A DNA stretch of 64,000 bases from Callorhinchus milii (Eukaryota): positions 186,001-250,000 of the forward strand of contig NW_024704747.1 in assembly GCF_018977255.1 (NCBI RefSeq). The letters are read 5' to 3'. Made by a program: the position numbers and the translations under genes. This document shows, in pieces, positions 24,442 through 36,910 of the stretch (positions are counted from its first letter, which is position 1; the number at the start of each line of letters is the position of its first letter). The notes under the pieces were generated by a model. The model was not told where the DNA came from. It worked only from the letters and a program-made list of their open reading frames with translations, and did no database searches.

Positions 24442-27239
24442 CAGTCTAAGCAAGCCCCCATCCCACCTCTCTGCCCAACCCTCCTCTCTGCCCCTCTCTC
24501 TGTGCCTCACTCTCTCTATCCCTCTCTCTCTGCTCCCCTCTCCCTGCCTCTCGCTTTTTCTCTCTCTCCTCCCCTTCTCTCTCAGCCCCCTCTCTCTGCC
24601 TCTGCCCCTCCCAGCCATCTCCGTGTACAGGAGAAAGTGAGCAACGGTGACACGGAGAGTTATAGGAACTGTGAACGAGACTGTGAACTCGCCATCGCCG
24701 GAGAATAGTGAGCGATACTGCCGTGAGATGTGCTTCTGCTCTGCCTCGCCACTGTCACTGTGAACATCCAGCTTGATGTGAAGACAGGAAATACCAGGTG
24801 CCAGTGTGTGAGCGGCATCTCTCAGACCTGGTTACCTGTGACGTACAACAGAGAAAGCTAAAAGCCGCATTGGTGTATCTGCCTCACTTTATTCATGGGC
24901 AAGCCAAGCCTCCAGGGCGGTGTGCTTGTGAATGTGTGGGCAGCTCTGGCAAAGATCAGTACTGGCAGTGCCCGCCTCAGTGTGCTGGGGGGGCAGTGAG
25001 GGGTTTAACTTACTGTATAATAGTAAAAATAATCCTGGTATTTAATACAGCTCCTGTAATGTCAAAATTAATCCCTCCGTCTCGCCCCATCCTCCTCATC
25101 TTCCCATCGCACCTGAAGACTTTCAATTTCACCTGTGTCTATGGTCCTCCTCAATGCCTGGCAAGCTGTTTGCTGTTACAGAGGGAGTGGAGAGAGAGTG
25201 TGCCACAGTCTGATCTGGTTACATTTACCCACTTGTCTTCAAACGACGACAGACACTAACATCTATTTGTACTGTGACACCAAGTCCAGCAATGAGGCAC
25301 TCTGGAGCGAGATGCCTAATGTTCACTTCCCCCTGATGGCATTTTCTGGGCAATCCCATTCCCTCACCTGTTTCCTCACCAGCTGTTCATGTCAACAGCT
25401 GTGCAATAGCATTTAAATAGGTCCCTTAAAATATTACCCATGCAAGCACGGAGTGTGTTTATACACTGTACAGTGTGATCTCTGACTGTGAAAGGTATAA
25501 ACACACACAGTGACAATCATATTGACGCAGGTACTGTGTAGTGTGATGTGAGAGTATAATGTATTATTACTGAGCTAGGAAATCAAGTTCCAGTGCGATT
25601 AATCTGCTGCTTATAAGGACATAAGAAATTCTAGACGAGAAAAAAAACAAGGTCCGTCTAATTAGTTTCCCACCTTCCTGGCGGTCGCAGAATGAGTGAT
25701 TTCCTGTGTGTGGTCGCCTCTGTGGCTTTGACACCATGTTTACTATCTGCCGAGGGTGACATAAGCCTGACAATATGGTGGTGATTTCTGGGAGAGCTGT
25801 TAAGAGGAAGGACAGTTTTCCACGCAGTTTTTGAGCGGTTTATATTGGACGGTTAGTAGCAATGACCATGCACTTTTGGGATTCCTGTGTAATCTCATAA
25901 CATTAAACCACTGTCATATCCTCCCCTGATGTATTTTCTTGCTGTGACGTGCTGGTGTATTGAGACATACGCCACAAGACAGAACCGCTTGCCTATTGTC
26001 ACTGTTGTTTGCTTCTCACGGTCCTACAGTCCAATTCCACAACAGCAGGCCATTCACCCCAGAGAGACATTTGCACCAGTTTGTTGAATAGCAGCCCTCT
26101 GACTCCATTTTCCTGCCTTATCCCATACCCTTCAGCACCGTCCCCCCAGTGTCTCAGCTCTTTAATCAATATAATACAGCGTTACATTTGTACAGCGTTT
26201 TTCACGTCGGGAGGATGTGCCAAGGTGCAGGGATGTCCTCAAGAGTAAACAACCCAGAGTTTAGGTTGAATCAATAACAATAATATTAATCCTTGCATTT
26301 GATACAGTACCTTATCATGTCTCAAAGCTCTTCACAGAAAATACTGTAAAGTGAATTGACTGTATATTTGTGGGCGAACGCGGCAGCCAATTGCGCACAG
26401 CAATGTCCCACAAACAGTCGTGGAATGAGTGACCAAATTTTTAAAAAGGGGATTATTACCCTCAGAAAAGCGATCCACCAATCGACTAACAACCGGGTTC
26501 TTGTTTACTGCTGGGTAACCAGCGTGGAGAGAAAGGAAACTTAGCCAACGCTTGCAACGTGAGTGCTCTAACCACTGAGTTACGGTGACTGCACATTTAG
26601 ACACAGAGTTAGGGTTTTTCCACTCACAATTCGGTTCAGGGACTTTGGAAGATAAGTTAATGGGCTTTTGGCGCCAAGAGAACAAAAGCTTCCCGAGGAG
26701 AGAATCGGTTTTGCTGAAAGCAGAGAAAGCATCTAAATTAGGGACGGTTTTAATCGAGTTAAAGAAGATTTTCGATTGATGGATAAGTCAGTACCAAGTG
26801 AACCTCTGTTATAAGTGCTTTCAGGACGAGGTGTCAGAAAGCTACAGCGCCTCGAGACGTCCTTCCGACGTGAAAGGCGCTATATCAAATGCAAGGATTA
26901 TTATTATTATTATTACAGCGCCTCGGGACGTCCTCCCGACGTGAAAGGCGCCTCACAAATGTAATCTTGTTGTTTTATAACCGCGCGGTTCGGTTACACG
27001 GCACCGCCCTGGACGTGGGAAGGATGTCCCCGGGCGCCGGACAGTCGGGGGCTCGGGGGGGGGGGGGGGGGTCACACTGACACGTCGCCGCGTGGAATGT
27101 TTCCCTGCGATTTGCAGGTCAAGCCTTCGCCGAGTGAATCGTTGAGAGGTAAAAATAGTATAGGGGTGTGTGAAAAAAATTAGGGGAATGAACGGGATCA
27201 GAGTAAAGAGCCCCGGGGTGGGGGTGGGGGGGGGTCTGG

Positions 27240-27690
27240 TGTTGTGCTTGTTGCTATGGTAACGCAGGCGGTGTGAGGTCGCCAATGGAGCTGTTTGGCG
27301 TTGCCATGGCGCCCGGGGGGGGGGGGGTCCTGTGGCTCGAGCGGCGGCGGTTGGAGCGGCGGGAGCGCGAGGCGGCGGCGGACGGGCGGGCGGTGAGCAG
27401 CCAACCCGTCACACACACACCCACACACAGACACACACACACACCCACACACACCCCCACACACAGACACACACACGGCCTCCTCCTCACCTTCCCCTGA
27501 GGGCGCCGCGGGGAACCGCCTTCCCCTCGCCAGGGCCCGGCCGCCATGCTGCCCCGCGGGGTAGCCATGGTGACGGCCATGGCGGCCCATCGCCAGCCAG
27601 GCCCCGCCCCCCGCTCTCCGCCCATTGGTCGAGCGGATTGCCAATCGCCCGTCGTGCCCGCCCTCGCTCTCGCTGATTGGTTTAAACGTT
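27240..27690. promoter_or_regulatory. CpG-island promoter with RFX X-boxes and CCAAT boxes; putative CATIP non-coding exon 1 ending at 27392
   Basis: GTTGCTATGGTAAC 27250-27263, GTTGCCATGGCGCC 27300-27313, GTAGCCATGGTGAC 27561-27574. CCAAT/ATTGG near 27282, 27624, 27641 and 27676. Donor GCG|GTGAGC at 27392/27393; acceptor at 29559. Confidence 0.7.
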
Positions 27691-27699
27691 GTCAATCTT

Positions 27700-28840
27700 A
27701 GATCCATACAATGTTCCGGCACAGGAGGCCATTCGGCCCATCGAGTCTGTGCGGCTCTTTGACAGAGCGTCACTCTCACTGACCCCAATCACCAGCTTTC
27801 CCCCCATAACCCCACAAACCGTCTTCCCCGATACCTGTCCAGTTCTCTCTTAAAAGCTGTTATGGAATCGGACTTCACTGCCCTTTCGGGCGGATCATTC
27901 CAAATTCCAACAACTCGCTGAGTGAAAACATTTCTTCTAACCTCCCCTCTGCTTCTTTTGGTGATATCTTCAGACTGTGACCACGAGTCACAGACACACC
28001 TACCAGCGGAAACAGCTTTTCCCTATCGCCTGTCGAAACCTTTCATGATCTTGAAGACCTCTATCAGGTCCCCACGTAACCTTCTCTGCTCTAATGGGAA
28101 AAGTCCTAACTTCTCCACTGTCCTCATAGCTAAGGTTCCCCATTCCTGGTATCATTCTCGTGAATCTCCTCTGTACCCTTTCCAGTGCCTTAATGTCCTT
28201 CCTGAGGTAAGGTGCCCAGAACTGGACGCAGTACTCCAGCTGAGGCCTAACCAGTGTTTGTACAGATTAACCATAACCCCTACTCTTATACTCTATACCC
28301 TACTAATAAAGCTCAGTACACCAAATGCCCTTTTTACTGCCCTTTGTACCTGCCCCACTACCTTTAATGATTCACTTACTTGAACGCCCAGATCTCTCTG
28401 TACGTTCACCCCCCCCTTAAGATTGAGCTCCAAGTCTATATTGCCTCCTATCATTTTTCCTCCCTAAGTGTATCACCTCACACTTATCCACATTGAAATC
28501 CATCTGCCACATGTCAGCCCATTCCACCATTCTGTGTATGTCTGCCTGCAGTCCGTCACAATTTTCTTCACTATTTACTACCCGACCTAACTTTGTATCA
28601 CCTGCAAACTTGGAAATAGTGCTCCCTGTGCCCAAGTCCAGATCATTAATATATATTAGAAAGAGCAGTGGTCCCAATACCGATCCCTGGGGGACACCGC
28701 TGTACACCTCCTTCCATTGCGAGAAACACCCATTAACCACCACCCTCTGCTTTCTGTCACTCAGCCAGTTCCTAATCCAAACTGACATTGTCCCCTTAAT
28801 ACCGGGGACCTCTAATTTTTTTATTAATCTCTTATGCAGT
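27700..28840 (-). mobile_element. CR1-clade LINE fragment (reverse transcriptase and 3' end)
   Basis: ORF 28417-28788 WIRNWLSDRKQRVVVNG...[21 protein letters not shown]...KFAGDTKL (degenerate FADD motif). Confidence 0.9.
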
Positions 28841-29576
28841 ACTGTGTCAAAATCTTATTCCGTGTGTAAAAAAAAGCAGCTTTATCCCAATTTATAACAA
28901 CAACAACTTACCTTTATATCGCGCCCTTGACGCCGAGCCGGGGGGGGGGGGGGGAAGGGATGGGGAAGGTGACCATCAGTAACAATCATAATGATAATCT
29001 CTACGTTTGATACGGCGCCTTATCATCAGGTCCTTCCGAGACGTCTCGAAGCGCTTCACAGAACACACGCTGTGAAGTGCAGTGACTGTATTTCATCAGC
29101 AAAACGTCCGCAATGTCATGACGCAGCGAGATATCCATGCGTAGGCGGCACCCGCGCAAAATGTACAGCCAATTCACTTTACAGTATCATCTGTCAAGCG
29201 CTTTGAGACGTCTGGAAAGCGTGGTAAGATGCCGTATCAAATGCAAGGGATTGTTATTATGTGGAACTCACAGCCTGGTCTAGATACTCTTCAGCATAGA
29301 CCTTCCTCTTTGACCGTGCCTACGGTCACCTTCCCCCAGCCCCGCCACGATCAAGCACTCTGGGATGCTACCCTGCGTGAGGGGCGCTATGTATAAATTG
29401 TTGTAATATTGCGTTCGATGCTCCACATGGCACCATGATCAAGATACTCGTTACTGGCATTGTGAAGCACTCTTGAGATGTTTTCTCAGGTGAAGGACAT
29501 TGTATAAATGCAATTTCTTGTTGTTGATCAGACACAATTCTTTGGTCCTGTGTTGTAGGAAAGATAGCAGCTTGCA

Positions 29577-32500
29577 ATGGCATCGACAGAGAATGATCAA
29601 GAAATGGATGAACAGGCAGAGCAGCCAGAACAGGAAGTACAGGCAGAGGAGGAACAAGCGGAGGTGATACAACCGGAGGAACAGACGGAGCAGTCAGAAC
29701 CAGAGGAACAGATGGAACAATCAGACCAGGAGGAGGAGCCAGAAGTATCAGACAAGTTGGAGATAGCAAAGCTCCTGGCGATGGTGGAAAACGCAGCAGT
29801 GGCCGAGCAGTCAGACTTGGTGAAGGTCTCAGAGGAGGAAAAGTTCTCAGAGCAGGAGAAGTTCTCAGAGCAGGAGAAGTTCTCAGAGCAGGAGAAGTTC
29901 TCAGAGCAGGAGAAGTTCATAGAGACCTGGGTCCCTCCAGAAGAGCCAGCCAAGCCTTTGCCAAAGGCCAGTCCAGGAGCCATCAACTTCCTGGCCTCCA
30001 TCAGTGAGTGGCTTCAACCCACAACCATCTGACTGAGTGAGGCCTGTACACAGTGATCAGACCCCAAGAGGGGAGGGGGCTGTTATTCTATAAATACTCC
30101 CCTGAAACATGGATTAGATTCCAGCCTGTAACTCCCTCCTACCCCAGGATTCTATATGTACCCCCCACCCCATGGAAAGGGTAAATTATCCCCTACACTT
30201 AGCTTGGTTCTGTGCAGCGAGGTAGAGCTGTCAGGACAGTGCTCTGCCTGGCCTGCCCTACTGTACTGTTGCTGTGTGTTGATAGTGCCGGAGACGGAGA
30301 GGCCCTTTATGATGTGTTAACCTGTTTTGGTTGCAGAGATCGATAATTTCAACTTACTGCTGTTCCCGGATTCCCTGGTGACTGTCACGGACGCGGGGAA
30401 GGAGGTGGGTGAGTTTAAAGTCACCCTGAAGCAAGCCCTGTTCAGAGGAGAACGTGGTTTCTACATCCAGGCTAGCAGCCATGGAACCATTGATGGGGTT
30501 CCTTGTGGCACCTCCATCACAGGTGAGACTGCGGTATAACAATAATAATAATCCTTGCATTTGATATGGCATATTAATACACCTTTGGGAAGTCTCAAAG
30601 CGCTTCACAGAATATACTGTAAAGTGAATTGATTGTATATTTTGTGGGCGAAACGCAGCAGCCAATTGTGCACAGCAGTGTCCCACAAACAGTCGTGGAT
30701 TGAGTGACCAAATTTTTTTTAAAAAAGGGATTACTACTCCCGGATAACAACCAGGTTCCTACTTACTGCTGGTAAACAGAGGCGTGTGTGTGGAGTAAGG
30801 AAACTTGCCTAAAGTTTCATCCTGCCCTAGAATTGAACCCAGGTCCTCTCGTTTGCGAGCAAGTGCGCTAACCACTATGCTACAGGCACGCACCTAGCGC
30901 ACTCTGTGCCGTCCTGTGGTGCAGTGGTTAGTGGTGTGGCAGGCAGGCTGGGGGACATGGAACAGGCCACATTTAAAGCCCTTCACAATCTTTCTCGTCC
31001 CTTCCTCTGTGACCTTCTAAAACTTTACCAAAACACAAAATACTGCAGACACTGGAAATCTAAAAATAAAAACAGAAGTCACTGGGAACACTCAGCAGGT
31101 CAGGCAGCATCTATGGAGAAAGAAAAGTGAGTCAATGTTTCGGGTCTACGACCCTTCATCAGAACGACCCTTTTCATGCCCCTGTTCTGACTAAGGGTCG
31201 TGGACCTGAAACGTTGACTCACTTTCCTCTCTCCGTAGATGCTGCCTGACCTGCTGAGTGTTCCCAGCGACTTCTGTTTTTGTTTTTAACCAACCTGCCT
31301 GCTCCCTGCCTGCTCGCTCTCTGTGGTTGCCCATCACCGGCCCCCTCACTATACAGCACCGAGTGACAAGTCACACACTTTGTTTTACAGGTTATGTCAC
31401 CAGGCAACTTGAAACCCTGAGGCAGCAGAACCACGAGTATATTAAGGTAGTTACACCTTACCGGACACCTTTATTGTACACTAATATTGTCTGACTTGCC
31501 AACCTCTGCCGGCAGCTTTTCTCTGCTCCCTGGACAACTCACATTTACCCAGCGCCTTCACACAGGATCGCAGGGCGTTGACACGTGGAGGACATCTGCC
31601 CTTGCCCTGTGCCGTCTCCTCATCCATACACAGGCCAACATTCCCCAGTCTCCTCTCACACACTGCACCTTACACTTAGGGTTGGGGGGCTCTGGGAGTG
31701 GCCTTGGCTGGGACCTCTGGCTAATGATCAGGAGCAGAAACCCAGGCTTGTGTCTCCCCTCCCTTCTCCAGGTAAAGGATTTCCCTCTGGATAAGAAGAT
31801 CATCTTCGAAAAGCAAGGCAGCATGTTTGTGGTGCAGAGAACTGTAACTGAAGGGGAGGTAAGCACTGAGGATATACACAGCACTTCGGTCATATACTAC
31901 TACTACTAATCCTTGTATTTGATGCAGCGCCTTATCACCTCATCGAGATGTCTCAAGCGCTTCACAGATTATACTGTAAAGTGAGTTGACTGTATTTTGT
32001 GGGCGCCTCGCTATCAGCAGTGAATCAAAGCCAGCGATGTTATATTGTGTTATGCTGTGTGCTGACAGGAGGTGAAGAACACACAGCGGGTGTATAAGTG
32101 GGAGGACATGGAGGGGCTAATCTCGGAGGCTGCTAACCTGCTGCTGCTCCGGCTGCTAAACAAGTACGGCATCATCCCCGACAACATGCGCTTCCTGGCC
32201 CTCGACACTGAGCTCCAGCTCAGTACCTGCACCTATGTGAGTGCCACTGGACTGCACCACACAGGCGGGAGATGGTGGGATTCTGTCTCACTCGCTGACC
32301 TCTCTGTTCTCACTGACCTCTCTCGTCTCACTAACCTCACTCGCTGACCTCACTCGCTGACCTCTCTGTTCTCACTGACCTCTCTCGCTTACCTCTCTCG
32401 CTGACCTCTCCCGTCTCCCTGACCTCTCTCCCTGACCTCTCTCGCTGACAGACTAACCTAGGCACCAAAATGATGAGGATTGGGAGTGACAGGGTGGAGG

Positions 32501-34157
32501 TCTTTGGGATTCAGCGGACAATTCACTCGGAAGATGATCTTCCCTTGTGCTGGCAATCCTACTTCCTGGTAGACGGGTGAGTGAGTGCTGGTTCATAGGA
32601 TTGCTTCAGCGCTATCCTCGGGGTGGGAGGAGGGGTAAGTGGGGTCATGTTTGGTAATGGAATGTCGGAATCAAGCCCCCCCTCTGTGACGGTCTCTCTC
32701 TCACCCCCCACTCTGTGACGGTCTCTAGTCCAGTTCCTGAGCCAGGAGGGGCCGCAGTATCCCAGGTCACTCACTGCTGATGACAGCACAGCCTGGCCCG
32801 GCTCATCAGCAGGACCAGGAAGGGCCAACCAGTCACCAGGAATCCTCCTCCTCAGCTCCTGTTAACCCTGCAAACCTTATTGGGTTAACAGGGTGGGAAA
32901 GCTTGCCAGACACTGCAAGTTTTTCAAAGGAAGTGGGGGGTGCGGGGAGGGGCTGATGCCAGGACACTAAACGCATTTAAGAACCAGGCCATGTAGATAG
33001 TCCGGCAGAGAGGACTTATGGAGGGATGAGATGGGGATAGGCTGAAGGGTTGTATTGGGGACCGAGTGTCAATGGGAATGTGATGTGTGGCTCAGTGTAA
33101 GGTCTCAGGCTACCTGCTGACAGACTTGCCCTGTGTGTTACAGGCACCTGGCGAGCCGTATTCAGGTGGGCTCCCCTGTGGTCATGCTGCTGCTGCAGAA
33201 CATCACTACAGTCAGGAAAGGTACAGCTTTTGCTGTCTGTGTCCCTCTGTGACCCAGCCCCCACGCACTCCCGCATCTCTGTCACTCTCTCTCTCTCTCT
33301 CGCGCATGCTCTCATCATCACTCTCGCTTACTCTCACACTCTTATCTCTCTCAGTCTCACTGCCTGACCCTCGTCACTTCCACCTCACCACGTTACAGCC
33401 ATCATTCTCTGATCCCTCCCAAATACCCCTCCCTGCCGTTCAGTGGCTCTGGATTGCACCTGGGTTGGTGATCATACCGTCCCCATGAGGGGGCTGAGAG
33501 TATCACTGAGCACATGTGTATGCTCACTGGGCGTGCGTGTGTATGTTTGTGCCCTGAGCAGACGTGTTCGAGCTGAGTAGGTGTGAATGTGTATGAACAC
33601 AGAGTGAGTGTATGGTATTAGTGAGCAGTGGCTGCTGATGGTGTTTCCCTCACTGTACAGAGGAGCAGGAGCTGAAACCCACCTTTAAAAAGAAGCCACT
33701 CAATCTGGAGGAGGACATGCAGCTGTATTCCCGGTTCCTCGACAAAACGGTAACCAGGGGGCAGCGGGGCTAGGAGTGAGGGTGAGGGATGGGGAGTGGG
33801 GGGCCTTGGGGAGTGAGGGCAGGGGTGAGTGGGAGCTGGGGGTGGTGAGTGGGGAGGCTGGGGGAGTGAGGGCTGAGGGGTTGTCAAGTCCTGGGCTGGG
33901 GATGTACTGGGAAGCCTTCTGTGTGCTGTACATTACAGGAGGAGTTGAAGGCTGACCACAGCTCCTATATCAGGCACCACCCAGAGCTGAGGGCCCTGAT
34001 TGCTGACTTCCTGCAGTTCCTGCTCCTCAGGAAGCCCGAGGACGTGGTGACCTTTGCGGCCGAGTACTTCACGTCTTTCTCCTCCAAGGGCGTCGAGGAG
34101 AACGTCTACCTCAGCTCCCAGAAGTCCAGTCCCTTCAGGAAAAAGATATCCTTTTAA
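29577..34157 (+). CDS. CATIP: Ciliogenesis-associated TTC17-interacting protein, about 477 aa
   Basis: Exons 29577-30003, 30337-30522, 31391-31446, 31772-31858, 32069-32236, 32452-32576, 33144-33220, 33661-33749, 33939-34157 (1434 nt). Motifs [38 protein letters not shown] and [26 protein letters not shown] match recalled CATIP. An in-frame upstream stop lies at 29565-29567. Confidence 0.92.
30540..30890 (-). mobile_element. Deu-domain SINE
   Basis: Full-length reverse copy of the 23358 family. Confidence 0.85.
31032..31288. mobile_element. Inverted Penelope-like end repeats, each with a minimal hammerhead motif
   Basis: Arms of about 105 bp (31062-31165 and 31184-31287) are reverse complements; ACCAA is duplicated at 31027-31031 and 31289-31293. 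Confidence 0.7.
31131..31165 (-). ncRNA. Minimal type I hammerhead ribozyme motif (Penelope-type)
   Basis: Minus strand GTT CTGATGA A GGGTC GTA GACCC GAAA CA TT GAC: core CUGANGA, a 5-bp stem II, GAAA..UH and a 3-bp stem I. Confidence 0.55.
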
Positions 34158-34174
34158 AGTTAGTTCGGGTAAAT

Positions 34175-34180
34175 AATAAA
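34175..34180 (+). terminator. CATIP polyadenylation signal
   Basis: AATAAA 18 nt after the stop codon. Confidence 0.65.
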
Positions 34181-34983
34181 ACATTCAATCCTGAGAACCT
34201 TTCTGGCTCAATGATGGTCAGCTCCCTGCACAAAGACAAACAACAACAAACTGCATGTATGCAGCGCTGTTAATGTCTGGAGGACAGTCCCCACCTCCCA
34301 TCACACCAACACCTTGCCCATGCCCCCCCCCCCAGCACTGCCCTGCCCAGTTCCCCTCCACCCAGCAGTGCCCCGCCCTGCCCAGGTCCCCCAGCACTCC
34401 CCCGTCCTGCCCAGGGACGACAGGGCCTGGCTGGCACAGGCTGAGGCCTGGGGGAGATCAGGGGGATCAGGAGAGCAGTTTTCACACTAACTGCAGTGTC
34501 TAATTGCAGACACAGAGCACTCACTGAATAGCTCCACAACATCTTCCCCTATCGCCACCCCAGCTCTGCCTCTCACCCCTTCCTCTGAACCTAGAAATGG
34601 ATGACACACACGGTCAGAGGCATTCGGCAGATTTTTTTCCATGTGAGTGTTTCCTCCAACAAAACACAATCTAGGCTGAACTCCACTACTCTCTAACCTC
34701 ACTGCCTCTCCATGTGCGTATCCAATTCTCTCTGAAATACATCAGTAATCTCTCCCAGGCACTCTCACCCCCTGACCAGGTCACCATATTAGTTTGATGA
34801 AGAATGCCCTTCAACCCATTTGACGTAATCCGACCACAATATCCAGGTTGGTGAGAGCCAAAGCTTGGGGATCCCAGAGGGTATGTTGGGGTAACTGCTT
34901 AAGTCTAACCAACTAAAGCCACATAGCTTGCCATTGAGAACATTCTCTGGCAAGCTTTCCTGCTGCTTGTCCAGCTAGAACCA

Positions 34984-35451
34984 GGTCAAGATCCTCATCC
35001 TCACCTACAAGGCCATTCACGGCCTTGCTCCCTCCTACCTCACCGACCTACTATCTCCCAACTTACCTGCCCGTACCCTCTGTTCCTCTGGCACCGGTCT
35101 GCTCCCCTTCCCCCGCCCCAACCGCCCTACCATCGGTGGCCTTCAGCCTCAGCCCCGAGGCTCTGGAACTCCATCCCCAGTGCCTTCGCCGCTTCCTCCC
35201 TTTCCTCCTTCGAGGCCAGTCTCAAGACCTTTCTCTTTGACCGTGCCTTCAGCTCCCCTCTCGACTCTCTACCCCCTCGCTCTCTCCCTTCCCTCCCCTC
35301 CCCCTGACCATTTCCCCCCTCCTCGCTCCCTCCCTTCCCTCCTCTCACCCTGACCATTTCCCCCCAATGCTCGGGTCCTGACCCAACTGTCCAGCGCCTT
35401 GGGACGTCCTCCCGATGTGAAATGCGCTCAATAAATGCAACCTTGTTGTTG
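34984..35451 (+). mobile_element. L2 3' fragment with an 8-bp target-site duplication
   Basis: Closely similar to 16571-17020; flanked by TAGAACCA at 34976-34983 and 35452-35459. Confidence 0.9.
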
Positions 35452-36549
35452 TAGAACCACCCTATCTGTTAGAGCTTTGGCTGCAAGGCTAACAGGAGCT
35501 GAGTAGGAGGATTGCCTGCCCCCAGTGACTGGTCAGCCCGTCCAAATCCTGCTGATGAGTCAGGCTGGGCTGTGCTGTCATCAGCAGTGAGTGCCCTGGA
35601 ATACTTTGGCTCAGGAACCGGACTAGAGACCGTCAGAGACTTGGTTTGATTCCAACATTCTGTTGCTAAGCTCATCTTGTAGCCAGTTTAGCCCTGAGGA
35701 GACACTACTTACCCACCCACCTCGAGAAGGACCAATCCTCTCGAGTTAGTCTTGATCTCAAGCTTCTCCCCCCCCACCCTTCGAATTGCCGACCAGTGGA
35801 TGGAGTTTCTCACCATTATTCCCTCTCAATATGGATAGCACCTCACTCATATCACCATCAATCTTCTCTTCTCCAACATGTGGAGCCCTCTTAACTACTG
35901 CTCGTAGCTTTGTCCTCTCATCTCCTGCCTCAGCCTGTGACACTCCGCTGCCCCCCACTCCTCCTTGTCTGAGAGCCTGTCTCTGTCTCTCTGACCAGCC
36001 ACCACTAGGAATCCCGACCCTCACATGCACACAATAATTTAGGGAAGCCCGCTGTATCATGCAAGTTGCTTTTGTTTCTACCTTGTGTTGCTGATAATAT
36101 TACCATCAGTTACTTCCTCAGCGATGGGCTGGAGCAGGTCCTGGCTTAGCCAGTTTGGGTGGAGATGTCACTGTGTGTAAGGTCAGCCCAGTGACAATCC
36201 AGAGCTTCCCGTCTGTCAGACGATGGGAGGTCACATACATCATGATCTCCACAGCCTTTATATAAGATATGGCAATTGGTGTCACTCAATCCCAAAAAAC
36301 TAGTGTCACTTGGTCCACTCCAAACAATGAGCTCAAGATTTAGCTGGGAATGTAAGATAGAGAATGTGGGAAGAGTCCGACCAGAGGGTGTGGGATGATA
36401 CTAGACCAGGAGATGGTTAATTCAGGTAATGAAGAAATTAGAAAGAGCCACCTCACACTTCAGGAAGAGGTTAATGGTGGAGGGCAGAATCAGATCCCAA
36501 AGGAGAGGCCATCAGAGCACAAATAACCTGCACCTTGTGTTGGTGTCAG

Positions 36550-36910
36550 CCTGGCTCAGTCATTCACTCACTCTCACTTCCGAGTCAGGAGGTTGTGGGT
36601 TCAAGCCCTACTTCTCCAAGGGCCTTTGAGCTCTGTGTCAGCTGACACGAATGCAGTTCTGAGAGAATGCTGCAGTTAAAGATGCCATCCTTCAGATGGA
36701 CATGAAACTGAGATCCTGTCTGTACCTAAAAGATCCCATTGATTTTCAAGAGAAGGGAGATTCTCCCTGTGTCCTAGTCACCCACCCCACAGATAAACTG
36801 GGGGCTTGCTGGCTCTGTAGGGCGTTGCTATGTACAGATTGGCAGCTATGAGGCTCTTTGAGACATTGAACAATGATATGAGACATTACAAATTGTATGA
36901 TTATTAATTA
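36550..36910 (+). mobile_element. Older SacSINE1/AmnSINE-like SINE
   Basis: Head GGCTCAGT...GAGTCAGGAGGTTGTGGGTTCAAGCCC. Related copies at about 490-770 (-), 14855-15310, 23740-24000 (-) and 58830-59115. Confidence 0.65.

Noticed and set aside
24442-26040. Separate gene downstream of PNKD
   Set aside because: Only short unrecognised ORFs. More simply the PNKD 3' UTR, with ATTAAA near 25902.
28417-28897. Host gene encoding a reverse transcriptase
   Set aside because: Truncated CR1 fragment with the catalytic motif altered (FAGD).
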